Shown: positions 18,896 through 29,576, counted from the stretch's first letter. The stretch is 64,000 nt of DNA from an archaeon (GCA_043810775.1 JBDRNU010000015.1:1-64000), one strand, 5' to 3'. Program-made: numbers and translations. Notes: generated from the sequence alone by a model not told the origin.

Positions 18896-20060
18896 CTTCT
18901 AGGTAAACTTTTTCAACACTATTTGAAATCTCTTTCCAAGTACATCCTTTTACAGCTTTTATTATTTTCTCTTTATTCCATTTTTTATTAAGAGCTATTG
19001 ATATTTTTTCAGCTAATTGCTTAGGGTTTTTTGGTTCTACCAAATATCCTGTATCTTTACTTACAAATTCTGGTATTCCTCCAACCGCACTACATACACA
19101 AGGCAGTCCACAGCTTAAAGCTTCTATTAGAGAAACAGGGAGCCCTTCGCTTAAACTGGGCATTACATATAAGTCACTTGAATTTAGCCAAAAAGGAAGC
19201 TCTTCATGCTTAACTTTGCCAAGAAAACTGATTTTTTTATTTACATTTAAACTCTTCCCGAGTTTTTCAAGTTCTTGCAGTAGTGGGCCTGAGCCAGCCA
19301 TTAGTAAATGAAAATCTTCTTTCAAATAACTTAAAGATTTTATTAAATACTTATGCCCTTTTATTTCATCCAGTGAGCCAACACAAATAATTATCTTCTT
19401 TTTTAAATTAAGTTTTAGCTTTTTTCTTAAACTAGTTTTACTCATGATTCTGAATATAGATTCATCATACCCATTAGGAATAACTTGCACTTTCTTGTTA
19501 ACTTTCATTTCATTTTTAATTATTTCTCGGTTTTTCTTGCTCACAGCAATGATAAAATCAGCCTTCCTCATAGTCTTACTAGATTGAGCCATTTTTTTCT
19601 TAGTTGACTGCTCTTTGTATACATCAAAACCATGGGCAGTTATAATAAGAGGTCTTGGATAAATCTTTTTCACATTTAATGCCATAGTTCCGCAAGGATA
19701 CGCAAAATGAGCATGAATTAAACTAAAATTAAGTTTATTTTTTTTAATAACTTTTTTTATAGCCCTGGCAGCAAAATATATTTTTAGACTATTGAAAATT
19801 TTAGGTATAAATATAGGATATCTAGCATAAAAAATTCTTGCATTAGGCATTTCATAATTTTCACACGATGTTTGGTATTGATATTTTGAAAATATTTTAT
19901 ATTTTGTCAAGAATTTTGGGAAAAATGGTTTAGGAACAATAATATAAACATAAAACTTATCTGACAACCCTTTTAACTGTTCTTTTATAAATATTCCATT
20001 TATAAATTTGTTGTCTTTATCAGGAAAATTATTTGTAATTAACAAAACATTTTTTCTCAT
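18882..20060 (-). CDS. GT4 glycosyltransferase (TuaC-like)
   Basis: IHAHF, TAHGFDV, IPNG, KGH, PSLSEGLPVSLIEALSCG; likely start ATG 20060. Confidence 0.9.
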   Translation of the reverse strand: MRKNVLLITNNFPDKDNKFINGIFIKEQLKGLSDKFYVYIIVPKPFFPKFLTKYKIFSKYQYQTSCENYEMPNARIFYARYPIFIPKIFNSLKIYFAARAIKKVIKKNKLNFSLIHAHFAYPCGTMALNVKKIYPRPLIITAHGFDVYKEQSTKKKMAQSSKTMRKADFIIAVSKKNREIIKNEMKVNKKVQVIPNGYDESIFRIMSKTSLRKKLKLNLKKKIIICVGSLDEIKGHKYLIKSLSYLKEDFHLLMAGSGPLLQELEKLGKSLNVNKKISFLGKVKHEELPFWLNSSDLYVMPSLSEGLPVSLIEALSCGLPCVCSAVGGIPEFVSKDTGYLVEPKNPKQLAEKISIALNKKWNKEKIIKAVKGCTWKEISNSVEKVYLEAIHS

Positions 20061-20081
20061 AAGTCTAAAATCTACCAAAGA

Positions 20082-20091
20082 TATTTAAATA
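20082..20091. promoter_or_regulatory. palindromic TATA box (TATTTAAATA), probably bidirectional
   Basis: ~21 nt from the - strand ATG 20060 and ~19 nt from the + strand ATG 20111. Confidence 0.5.
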
Positions 20092-20110
20092 TTTATTTAC
20101 TCTAGTCTCA

Positions 20111-20833
20111 ATGGCTGAATCTAAGGGATACTATAAAAAGCTTTGGGGCAAATCCTCTCATAATTTAGTTGTAGATGAACTAGCTAGGTTAAGTTTGATA
20201 GAGGTTTTTATCAAAAAAATCAGCAAAAACAAAATAAAAATCCTTGATTTAGGTTGTGGAAGAGGTTGGCTAACCAAAGAGCTCTCAAAATATGGTGAAG
20301 CAGAAGGTGCAGACCAGTGCATAGAGCAAGCTAATAAATTATACCCTGAAATTAATTTTTTTGAATTTAACATATCTAAAAATAAGATTAAAAGCAAGTA
20401 TGATTTAATTGTAAGCAGTGAAGTAATTGAGCATCTTTCTCAAAAAGACCAGAAAAAATTTATTAAAATAATAAACAATTCACTAACTAGTACTGGCTGT
20501 CTCATATTGACAACTCCCAACAAGAAGAAAGCAGACAAATTACTCAAGGTTCTTAACGACTATGAAAAACAACCTCTTGAAAACTACTTATCCTTCCAGG
20601 ATTTGAAGAGTTTATTAAAAGAAAACTTTAGCATTATTGATTTTAGAACTGCTATGTTTTTTCCAATAATTTTTAGAAAATATAAATCACTAAGCTTAGT
20701 TTATGGTTTATTTTATATCAAACTTAGACTTTATAAAATAATTGATAGGATTTTTAACAAATCTCATTTAGGGCTTTATAACTTGATTTTAGCAAGAAAA
20801 ACAACTAAATCCTCACTTTCTCCCCTTCAATAA
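20111..20833 (+). CDS. class I SAM-dependent methyltransferase (UbiG-like fold)
   Basis: ILDLGCGRG, YDLIVSSEVIEH, LILTTPN. Confidence 0.87.
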   Translation: MAESKGYYKKLWGKSSHNLVVDELARLSLIEVFIKKISKNKIKILDLGCGRGWLTKELSKYGEAEGADQCIEQANKLYPEINFFEFNISKNKIKSKYDLIVSSEVIEHLSQKDQKKFIKIINNSLTSTGCLILTTPNKKKADKLLKVLNDYEKQPLENYLSFQDLKSLLKENFSIIDFRTAMFFPIIFRKYKSLSLVYGLFYIKLRLYKIIDRIFNKSHLGLYNLILARKTTKSSLSPLQ

Positions 20834-22682
20834 ATATCTTATGCCATATCTGGAAGCTCAAGATTCCAGTAATAATATTAATTTTTTCATTGCTCTCTTT
20901 ACTTCCCTTTAATAATCTTGCAGTATATCTTTCACTAAATAAATCCTGCTTTTTTATTTCCTTGCTGTCCAGCAACTGGCAGGCAACATCATATAAATAT
21001 TCATTATACCAGTATCTTAATGGCGCTGTAAAGCCGTATTTTTTTCTTTTAATAACCTCCTTAGGCAGGATATTTTTCATTGTTTTTCTCAATAAAAACT
21101 TTTTTTCAAAAAAGTTAATTTTATATTTTGAAGGCAAAATTGATGCAAAATCAAGCATCTCATTATCTAAAAAAGGCACCCTGGATTCTATTGAGTGAGC
21201 CATTGATATTTTATCGTCGCTTAGCAGGAAATTGTTGGCAAGAAGTAGCTTAAAATCCATTTTTGTTGCATTTTGAACAGCATCATATTCTCTCGAGGAA
21301 TAATCAAAATACTTTTTATAGTCAAATTTATCTTGCTTTAAATTCTCTGAAAATATTTTTTTGTTTTTTATATTGTTTAAATTCTGGTTAACTACCTGCA
21401 AATACTCTTCACAGAAATCATTTTCTGAATCTAGTATATTTTTCAAGTATCTTGCTCCTCTTTTTCCTTTTTCTGGAACTAAGCTGCTTTTTGAAAGCGA
21501 GTTTAATAAGCTTGAATTTAGCTTATTTTTGTAAATTCTTTTGATAAAATATTTTTCATTTAAAACCTTTAAAATAAGCTGCTGTCTGTATCCTCCTAAA
21601 AGCTCATCAGAGCCATTGCCATTTAGTATGACTTTTACGCTTTTACTTGCTTCTTTTGCCATATAGTGCAAAGGCACAACAGCCATAGCAGTTAGTGGGG
21701 CATCCTGATGCCACACTAACTCTGGGATAATCTTCACACCTTCCTGCCCAACGACAATTTCCTTATGCTCTGTGCTGAATTTTTGAGAAACTTGCCTAGC
21801 ATACTCTAATTCATTTATAACCTCACCTGAATCAAAGCCCACAGAAAAAGTCCTCACCTTGTCACTATATCTAGACATACCTGCAACAATACTGCTTGAA
21901 TCTATTCCTCCTGAAAGATAAGCCCCAATTGGCACGTCACTTATCATCTGTGCTTTTACAGAGCTATAAAACCTTTTTTCAAGCTCTTTTTCCCAGTTAA
22001 TCTCTCCACTTTTTGTAAAATTTAAATCCCAGTATTTCTCAAGTTTAAGCTTATTATCTTTATAAACACCAAAATAACCAGGCGGCAATTGTTTTACATT
22101 TTTAATCATAGTTAAAGGAGCAGGCGAATAACTCCCTGAAATAAAATAACTATAAAATCCCTCTAAGTCAATTTCCCTCTTTATTTCAGGATATTCAAGT
22201 ATAGCCTTAATTTCAGAAGCAAAAAGCAATTTCTTGCCTTCTTGATAATAATATAATGGTTTTACTCCCACCCTGTCTCTTGCAATAAACAGTTCCTTTT
22301 TTTTTGAATCATATATTGCAAAAGCAAAAATACCATTGAACTTTTCCAAGCAGCTTGAACCATACTCTTCATAACTATGGATTATAACCTCTGTGTCAGA
22401 GTCACTTTTAAATTTATGGCCTTTTTCCTCTAACTCTTGTCTTAAATTTGCGAAGTTATAAATCTCGCCATTAAAAACAATCCACAAGGTTTCATCTTCG
22501 TTGCTCATTGGCTGTTTTCCTGCTTTTGACAAGTCAATTATTGCCAGTCTTCTGTGCCCAAGTTCAATATTTTTATCAGAATAATATCCGCAGTCATCTG
22601 GTCCCCTATGCACAAGTATATTATTCATTTTTCTCACTAGTTTTTTATCACCAAATCCTAAAATTCCTACAATCCCGCACAT
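20805..22682 (-). CDS. asnB: asparagine synthase-like glutamine amidotransferase, copy 2
   Basis: MCGI, HRGPD, GHRRLAI, LSGGIDS, GSDELLGGY, ESRVPFLD. Confidence 0.93.
   Translation of the reverse strand: MCGIVGILGFGDKKLVRKMNNILVHRGPDDCGYYSDKNIELGHRRLAIIDLSKAGKQPMSNEDETLWIVFNGEIYNFANLRQELEEKGHKFKSDSDTEVIIHSYEEYGSSCLEKFNGIFAFAIYDSKKKELFIARDRVGVKPLYYYQEGKKLLFASEIKAILEYPEIKREIDLEGFYSYFISGSYSPAPLTMIKNVKQLPPGYFGVYKDNKLKLEKYWDLNFTKSGEINWEKELEKRFYSSVKAQMISDVPIGAYLSGGIDSSSIVAGMSRYSDKVRTFSVGFDSGEVINELEYARQVSQKFSTEHKEIVVGQEGVKIIPELVWHQDAPLTAMAVVPLHYMAKEASKSVKVILNGNGSDELLGGYRQQLILKVLNEKYFIKRIYKNKLNSSLLNSLSKSSLVPEKGKRGARYLKNILDSENDFCEEYLQVVNQNLNNIKNKKIFSENLKQDKFDYKKYFDYSSREYDAVQNATKMDFKLLLANNFLLSDDKISMAHSIESRVPFLDNEMLDFASILPSKYKINFFEKKFLLRKTMKNILPKEVIKRKKYGFTAPLRYWYNEYLYDVACQLLDSKEIKKQDLFSERYTARLLKGSKESNEKINIITGILSFQIWHKIFIEGEKVRI
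22276..22531 (-). repeat. inverted-repeat arm B (asnB copy 2 glutaminase domain)
   Basis: reverse-complement match to blocks within 6197-6449. Confidence 0.85.
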
Positions 22683-22684
22683 TT

Positions 22685-23644
22685 TTAAAAATAAAACTCA
22701 TTATTTATTAAAGAAATATATTTTTCTGCTATCTCTTCCCAGCTATAAACTTTGAGCTTTGAAACATTATTTTTAATATCTTCTCTTAATTTCCTATTAT
22801 TTATAAGTTCCTTAATCCCCTCTCTAAAATTATCAGTAAGATAGGCATTTTTTTTATGTTCAAATAAGTAAGATTTTCTTCCAGCCCTGCATAAAATAAT
22901 CTTTCTCTTATACACATATTCTGAAGCTTTTAGCGAGCTGTCTTGGTCTTGCGTATCAACACAAATATCTACAGCATTTAGATATTCAACAACTTTTGCC
23001 CGTGGCATTTTCCCAAGAAGATGAACATTTTCAGGAAGTTTGGCATTTTCTATATTCTTATCTGTCACTCCTCCAACCAGTATCAAATCACATTTAAGGC
23101 CTTTCACAGCTTCAATTAGTTCCCTAACTCGCTTGTACCTAGAAATCTCTCCAACATATAGAATCTTAATCTTATTTTTTCCAGGAAGGTTTGCTTTTTT
23201 AGAAATATCTATCTCTTTTGCAACTCCATGCGGAATAACAACGCATTTTTTCCCAACATTTTCGCAAATAGACTTAAGATAAGGGCTTGGAGTTGTAATT
23301 AAGTCAGCAAAGCTTACTCCTAGATATTCCAACGCACCAACTTTGCCAATTCCATATTTTTTACCCATAGATTCAGTATAATAGTCATTCCAGTCCAGTA
23401 TTACTGGTTTTTTGATTAATTTTATTTTTTTAAAAAATCCTACAACAGCAGCTATTAATCCTGTAGTAATCACTATATCTGGTTTAAAAGCCAGGTAATC
23501 ATAGTAAAATCTCCAGGAATTTTCTTTAAAATTATATTTCAGTTTATGGCCTTTTTTTATCAGATTATAAGGCAGGTGATATCCTCTTCCACTATCATTT
23601 TTATAGTTCTCTTTCCTGTTTAAAGTCACGAACTGCACTTTCAT
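22685..23644 (-). CDS. GT4 (GT-B) glycosyltransferase, divergent
   Basis: KPDIVI, IPHGV, ILYVGEISRYKRV, LKASEY, YSWEEIA. Confidence 0.8.
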   Translation of the reverse strand: MKVQFVTLNRKENYKNDSGRGYHLPYNLIKKGHKLKYNFKENSWRFYYDYLAFKPDIVITTGLIAAVVGFFKKIKLIKKPVILDWNDYYTESMGKKYGIGKVGALEYLGVSFADLITTPSPYLKSICENVGKKCVVIPHGVAKEIDISKKANLPGKNKIKILYVGEISRYKRVRELIEAVKGLKCDLILVGGVTDKNIENAKLPENVHLLGKMPRAKVVEYLNAVDICVDTQDQDSSLKASEYVYKRKIILCRAGRKSYLFEHKKNAYLTDNFREGIKELINNRKLREDIKNNVSKLKVYSWEEIAEKYISLINNEFYF

Positions 23645-23684
23645 GAATGCATTTAATTATAAGAATATAAAAGCTTATATTTAC

Positions 23685-24845
23685 TCAATTATAATCATCG
23701 AATGTATCCCTAATTATCTTATCCCATTTATATCTCTCTGAGTTTTTTCTGATGTCTTTCTTTTTCCAAATTAAAACCTCTTTTAATGCTTTCTCAATGT
23801 CCTTGCTGCTTTTTGGACTTATAATTAATCCCTCCCTCCCATTTTCCATCATCTTACTAACTCCTCCAACATTTGTAGCTATTACTTTCAAGTTCTTTGC
23901 AATTGCCTCCATTAGAGTTACAGGTGCTCCTTCTGTATAGCTAGGCAAGACAAAAACATCGCAAGCATCAAAATAAAGAAATTTTTCCTTACCATATACT
24001 GCCCCAACAAATCTGATATTTTTGATATTATTTTCTTCTGTAAATTTCTTATACCTCTCAATACTCCCTTCACCGATTAACAATAAATTAACACTCTCGC
24101 CAAGGCTTTTCATTGCTTCAACAAGTTCAAGCACTCCTTTGTTTTTGCTTATTCTGCCTATATAAAGCACATATTTTTTGTTTTTTTCAAATCCAAGTTT
24201 TTTTCTTGCCTTAATTTTATCACCTTTTTTAAAAAATTCATCATCAATACCCATTGTCTGGAATTTTATCTTAGAATTTGGGGCAGTTCTTTTCAAATAA
24301 CTAATTTCTTCATTGCTTAGAGCATAGAATACCTCAACTTTTCTCAAAAAATTATTTTCAATTGCCTGCATTATAAGTATGGCTGGCAAGAAGAAAAAAA
24401 GTTTCTTAAATTTTCCCAAGTTTTTAAAAGGACTTCTTCCACCATGATGCTGTGCAATAATTTTAAATCCATTTTTCTTTAAAAATAATATAAGGTATGC
24501 TTGCCAGGAATGATATTCATGTATATGGAGTATTAGTTTCTTCTTTTCTATTTTTGCTTTTATAATTTCCTTTTTCAAGGCTTTTATCATCTGTATTGAA
24601 ATATCCATTCCGTGCCTCAAGGAAAATGTTGAAGGAAAAATTCTAAACTTAATATTTTCATAATTTCTTGTTTTTTCTTTTTTGTATTTTCTTTCAGGAG
24701 TCCAGCACTCAACTTCTATTTTAGGGTAGAATTTTTTAAGCTGATAAGCAACTTGAGCATACCATCCTCTAAAAATATCCTGTTCATAGTTTTCCATTGC
24801 AAAAGAATGCGAACTTGAACTGATTTGAATTATTTTAAAGTTCAT
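23685..24845 (-). CDS. GT4 glycosyltransferase
   Basis: YIGRISKNKG, FVLPSYTEGAPVTLMEA, ATNVGG. Confidence 0.9.
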   Translation of the reverse strand: MNFKIIQISSSSHSFAMENYEQDIFRGWYAQVAYQLKKFYPKIEVECWTPERKYKKEKTRNYENIKFRIFPSTFSLRHGMDISIQMIKALKKEIIKAKIEKKKLILHIHEYHSWQAYLILFLKKNGFKIIAQHHGGRSPFKNLGKFKKLFFFLPAILIMQAIENNFLRKVEVFYALSNEEISYLKRTAPNSKIKFQTMGIDDEFFKKGDKIKARKKLGFEKNKKYVLYIGRISKNKGVLELVEAMKSLGESVNLLLIGEGSIERYKKFTEENNIKNIRFVGAVYGKEKFLYFDACDVFVLPSYTEGAPVTLMEAIAKNLKVIATNVGGVSKMMENGREGLIISPKSSKDIEKALKEVLIWKKKDIRKNSERYKWDKIIRDTFDDYN

Positions 24846-26359
24846 TTTCTGTATTTGAATTTATAACTAAACTCTCCAATTGGTTTCATAACTATTTTTT
24901 CCAGCTTTCTAGATATCTTAAATAAAATAAGAGATAAATTGCTTAAAATCAAAAAACCACTATAGACTATAAATATAGAAAAAGGATTTTTGAACCTTCT
25001 CTTAACTAAAACTTTCAAATTCCATTTTCCCATTATCCTGTAAAGCTTGTCAATCTCTCTATAAACTTCTTTACTTAGATTAAAAAAATTATTTTCAAGC
25101 TGTTCCCAGAAAACATGGTAATAAAGCATAAAAAAAGGATGATAATCTTCACTAAAAACTGGTTTTTTTGTAAGCCACCATTTTTCAAAATCATACTTCT
25201 TAGCATATTCTTCATATATCTCTGTATTTGGCATTGGCTGCAAAATCCCCCCACAAAATCCTTGTGTTACATACTTTCTAATTCTTCTGACATATTTCTG
25301 AAGGTTTTGAATATCCTTTACACTATCCCATGGAAAACCAGTCAAAATATTAACACCTACTCTAATATCTTCATCATAGCACCACTTGAGTATATTATCA
25401 ACATGCTTCACATACCATTCTGGGTTGCTTGTTTTTTTCATTTTTATCAAGGATTCAGGGATGCAGCTTTCAACACCAAGACTCATCATTACACATCCTG
25501 CATTTTTCATTTTTGAAATTATTTCTTTATCCAAGAAGTCTATTCTTGTAGCGCACACCCATTCAATTGGCAAGCTCTCTCTAATAAATAAATCACATAA
25601 TTCTAATAGTCTTGGCTTGTTTATTGTAAAAGCATCATCTATAAAATTAATATGATTAATTCCGTATTTTTTATGCAAGTGCTTTACTTCTTCAAAAACA
25701 TTTTTAGCAGATCTATATCTGAACTTTCTTCCAAATAAAGAGTGATAACAATAAGTGCATCTTCCAGGACAGCCTCTGCTTGATAATATTCCACCAAAAT
25801 TATTAATTTCACTCTTAATCTTAATATAGTCACTTTTTCTGAAAACATCTTTGTCTGGCATAGGAAGCTTATCCAAATTAAATATAGCCTCTTCTTCAGT
25901 TTTCTTTATTTTACCTTTTTCTTTGTAAACTAAATTTTTTATCTTATCAAACTTCTCACCTTTAGAAATAGCTTTTATTAGTTCAGCAAAAGAAACCTCT
26001 CCTTCTCCCACATAAGCTATATCTATGCTATTTTCAAGCGCTTCCTCTGGATAAATAGTTACATGAGGTCCTCCAGCAATAATTATTTTACAATAAGGTC
26101 TAATCTCTTTAATTAATTCATAAGAATACTTAACATAATTTGTGAATATGCTTATACCCACAATAATTGGCTTTTCTTTTTTTACAAGTTCAACAATGTC
26201 TTTTATAGTCTTAGTATTATACTGAGCATTCAAGTTTTCCACCATTACATCAAATCCGTTTTTTTTAGCAATAGCTCCCAGATATGCAAATGCCATTGGC
26301 GGTGAAGGGTCTTTCCATCCACTGCCTGCTCGTAAAAATAATATTTTTTCCTTAGTCAT
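24842..26359 (-). CDS. B12-binding domain radical SAM protein
   Basis: N-terminal cobalamin-binding domain (PPMAFAYL, IVGIS, AGGPHVT, GEGE), SRGCPGRCTYC, FIDDAF, GVES. Confidence 0.92.
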   Translation of the reverse strand: MTKEKILFLRAGSGWKDPSPPMAFAYLGAIAKKNGFDVMVENLNAQYNTKTIKDIVELVKKEKPIIVGISIFTNYVKYSYELIKEIRPYCKIIIAGGPHVTIYPEEALENSIDIAYVGEGEVSFAELIKAISKGEKFDKIKNLVYKEKGKIKKTEEEAIFNLDKLPMPDKDVFRKSDYIKIKSEINNFGGILSSRGCPGRCTYCYHSLFGRKFRYRSAKNVFEEVKHLHKKYGINHINFIDDAFTINKPRLLELCDLFIRESLPIEWVCATRIDFLDKEIISKMKNAGCVMMSLGVESCIPESLIKMKKTSNPEWYVKHVDNILKWCYDEDIRVGVNILTGFPWDSVKDIQNLQKYVRRIRKYVTQGFCGGILQPMPNTEIYEEYAKKYDFEKWWLTKKPVFSEDYHPFFMLYYHVFWEQLENNFFNLSKEVYREIDKLYRIMGKWNLKVLVKRRFKNPFSIFIVYSGFLILSNLSLILFKISRKLEKIVMKPIGEFSYKFKYRK

Positions 26360-26447
26360 TTTCCTTTATTAAAGTATCATAAAGCGCACAATAATATTTA
26401 TAAACATTCCTAACAGACTAAACTTATTAAATTTTTATTAATCAAAA

Positions 26448-27560
26448 ATGCCTTCAATACCCTTAACACATAAACTAAAGCTATTTTCCAACTATATAGT
26501 TACTGGCAAGCTCAAGGAAATTTATAATATATTCTGGGTATATACTTTTTGGTGGAATCATAGCCTCTCAGCATTTTTATTAAACAAGTTTCTTCCTAAA
26601 TTAGGAATAGATATGCCTCCTTTATTTTTAGAAATAGAGCATACCACCGTCTGTAGTTTCAGATGCAAGATTTGTGAGCATACTTACTGGAAAGAAGAGT
26701 CTAAAAATATGTCTTTTTCTCAGTTTAAGCACATTTTTGACCAGTTTAAACGCCCTAAATGGATAGGGCTTACAGGAATTGGTTCCTCATACCTAAATCC
26801 TGATTTTCATAAAATTGTTCGCTATTGTAAATCAAAAGGCACAATTGTCGAGCTAATGGACCATTTTGCACATTTTAAAAATGAAGCTCAAATTCGTGAA
26901 TTACTTGAAATCGGGCCTGACTTTCAATTTGTCTCAATGTACGGAGCAACTAAAAAAACCTCTGACAGCATATGTATTGGGAGTGACTTTGATAAAGTTA
27001 TAAAAAATATAAAGTCTTTTGTTAAGCTAAAAAAACAAATGAGCAAGAGATTTCCAATACTAAATTTTCATTTTATTGTAACCAGGCAGTCTAAGGATGA
27101 AATATTCCAGTTTTTAGACTTTGTCAAATCCCTAAATACAGAAATAGGGGAAGTTTTAGTAACCCCTATGCTTCATGATTTCAAGGAAGCTAAAGGGTAT
27201 GCTGTCAAACTTGATGAGCAGTATATAACTAAAGTAAGGCAAAAAGCCAAAAAATTAGGTATTGCTACAACTATTAATCTAACAGCAATGGCAGAAGCAG
27301 AAGGCCTTTCAAGAAAGCCTAAATTTAGCTATTGCAAGGAGTATATTATGCCATTTGTTTTTGTTACAGGGCATGTAAGCCCCTGCTGTGGCATTAATGA
27401 AGCCAATGAACGCGAGTTGCTTAAGAAAAACTCTCCTGGCAACTTATTTGAAAAAAATCTTTATGATATATGGTATTCTCCACAATATAAAAGAATAAGA
27501 ACAATGATAAGAAAAGACAAATGCCCTAAAGAATGTACTTTATGTCCTGCTTATGAATAA
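26448..27560 (+). CDS. radical SAM protein with SPASM/twitch domain (4)
   Basis: CSFRCKIC, C-terminal CKEY...PCC...CPKECTLC. Confidence 0.87.
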   Translation: MPSIPLTHKLKLFSNYIVTGKLKEIYNIFWVYTFWWNHSLSAFLLNKFLPKLGIDMPPLFLEIEHTTVCSFRCKICEHTYWKEESKNMSFSQFKHIFDQFKRPKWIGLTGIGSSYLNPDFHKIVRYCKSKGTIVELMDHFAHFKNEAQIRELLEIGPDFQFVSMYGATKKTSDSICIGSDFDKVIKNIKSFVKLKKQMSKRFPILNFHFIVTRQSKDEIFQFLDFVKSLNTEIGEVLVTPMLHDFKEAKGYAVKLDEQYITKVRQKAKKLGIATTINLTAMAEAEGLSRKPKFSYCKEYIMPFVFVTGHVSPCCGINEANERELLKKNSPGNLFEKNLYDIWYSPQYKRIRTMIRKDKCPKECTLCPAYE

Positions 27561-29456
27561 TTATTTGTATTTTTTCCAAGCTTTTTTATAAGATTCAATC
27601 ATTTTCTCTGCATAATTTTCCCAAGTCAAATTCTTTTTAATAAAAATCCTGTTTTTTTCAGCTTGTTTTTTATACTCTTTCTGATTTTCATAGATCTCAA
27701 GTATAGCTTTATCATACTCTTTAGTAACAATCCCTAAATTATTTTTCTTAATTATGGGTGAGCTTCCCATATCACTTGAAACAATAATAGGAATTCCTGC
27801 AGATAACATTTCAAAAGGAGCAATCCATCCTCCCTGCTTACCAATTGGAAATAAACCTATATCTGCTACTTTATAGAGATTTCTTAATTTATCCCTTTCC
27901 CCAAACATAATAATATATTTAACATATTTTTCAAGTTTTTTTTCTTTGATATATTCATCAAGTTGTTTCTTATATTCTGGATCTTCTTTTCCAGTAAGAA
28001 CTAATAAAATATTTGGGATCTTATCTTTAATTTTTTCAACAGCCTTTATACTTGCCATCTGGTTTTTTATTCCAGATATCTGCCCTGATTGCATTACTAT
28101 GAATTTTCCTTTAAGACCATAGTCTTTTATGGCTTTTTGACGATCTCCTTTTGAGAAAAAATCATAATTAACTCCACAATAAACTACTGTTGAGTCTCTT
28201 CCATACCTTTGAAAGGCTCTTTTTTTATTAAATTCATCTAATACACAAATTTCATCCATACTTTTTCTAATCATAAACCAATCTGCTAAGATTCTTAATT
28301 TATTTAGCCCTTTTAAAAACAATCCAGCATCAGGCTTACTCCATAAATTTGGGGGCTGGTTCATAAACCAAACAGTGGGTTTTCTTCTTGGCCATAAAGT
28401 CCACGTAACTGGAAAATCATGAAAATTAATAATATCATAATTATCTTTTATTTCTTTTAGTTTCTTCCTAAAGACTTTAATTGCCTTAAAAATATCTCGC
28501 ATATTTTTATATCCAGGAGGCCTTAAATCTATATCATGATATGGTGTGATGATTTCGGTATTAATTAAATCATTTTCAACTTTTCTAGATTTAGACAAAG
28601 CAAGAATATCATTTTTTATACCTCTTTTTGTAAGCCAATTTGCTAGTTCAACTATTAATAATTCTGCTCCCCCATAATACTTCATCTGATTATGCACAAT
28701 CAAAACTTTTGGATTGTTTTTCTTAATCATATCTTTAGCTAAGTCATAATCTTCTTTTATATTAACATTAACATAATCTTTTGTAATAGGATATACATAT
28801 ACTTTTTTGGCATCATCTATTGCTACTTGAATCATATCTACCATTTCTTTTTGTCCACGATAAGCATTAATGGGAGTTCTTTCTAGGTAATCTAAGATCT
28901 CATTTTTGAAAATACAATGACCTGTCCCTTTTATATTATTAATTTTAACTTTAGGTTTTTCTATCATTCTAAAAGCTCTTCCTTTTTCATTAACCATCGC
29001 AGAATAAGTTTTTCTTATACTTAGTCTATCTTCTTCAAATATAATTCCACAAATAGCAAAAAGATCTTCATCTCTAAATTTTTTAACCATTTCTTTTATT
29101 TTAGCATCTACAACAATCTCATCACCCAACATTAGAATAAAATCATCATTGCCAATAGCTTTTCTCGCAGTCTCAATAGCATCTACTAATCCTTTTTTTG
29201 CAAGAGCTTTAATTGAAAATCCTTCTTTAATATAAGTAATCTTTACTCCTTTATACTCCTTTCCTAAAGCTTTCATTATCTGCTCTTGTTTATAACAAAC
29301 AGTAATTAATATCTCACTTACTCCAGCTTCAATTGCTTGATCAAGATTATACTCAATTAATGGCTTTTCATATATTTTTACTAAACTCTTGCTTTGATCT
29401 TTAGTAAAATCATTCAACCTAGAGCCCCTTCCACCAGCCAAAATAAGTGCTTTCAT
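27561..29456 (-). CDS. fusion of sugar-1-phosphate nucleotidyltransferase (RmlA/GlmU-like) and GT4 glycosyltransferase
   Basis: N-terminal MKALILAGGRGSRL, KPLI, LGD, IEKP; from about aa 250 a GT-B domain with YGGAE, IKNQ, IAPFEMLSAGIP, LTWE. Confidence 0.85.
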   Translation of the reverse strand: MKALILAGGRGSRLNDFTKDQSKSLVKIYEKPLIEYNLDQAIEAGVSEILITVCYKQEQIMKALGKEYKGVKITYIKEGFSIKALAKKGLVDAIETARKAIGNDDFILMLGDEIVVDAKIKEMVKKFRDEDLFAICGIIFEEDRLSIRKTYSAMVNEKGRAFRMIEKPKVKINNIKGTGHCIFKNEILDYLERTPINAYRGQKEMVDMIQVAIDDAKKVYVYPITKDYVNVNIKEDYDLAKDMIKKNNPKVLIVHNQMKYYGGAELLIVELANWLTKRGIKNDILALSKSRKVENDLINTEIITPYHDIDLRPPGYKNMRDIFKAIKVFRKKLKEIKDNYDIINFHDFPVTWTLWPRRKPTVWFMNQPPNLWSKPDAGLFLKGLNKLRILADWFMIRKSMDEICVLDEFNKKRAFQRYGRDSTVVYCGVNYDFFSKGDRQKAIKDYGLKGKFIVMQSGQISGIKNQMASIKAVEKIKDKIPNILLVLTGKEDPEYKKQLDEYIKEKKLEKYVKYIIMFGERDKLRNLYKVADIGLFPIGKQGGWIAPFEMLSAGIPIIVSSDMGSSPIIKKNNLGIVTKEYDKAILEIYENQKEYKKQAEKNRIFIKKNLTWENYAEKMIESYKKAWKKYK

Positions 29457-29576
29457 TCATTTTCTCCCTCACCCCTTGTTTTGATAAGAATCTTCTGAGT
29501 ATTTAAATAGTTTACGTTAAAGCTTTATTTCTTTACATTATATAAATGTTTAAAAAAACTGTTTCTAGCTAGTAGT

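Noticed and set aside
6049-22682. AsnB plus radical SAM/SPASM read as a lasso-peptide or RiPP cluster
   Set aside because: Both AsnB proteins keep the intact Cys1 glutaminase domain; there is no B1/B2 protease, RRE/PqqD domain or precursor peptide; the context is sugar biosynthesis
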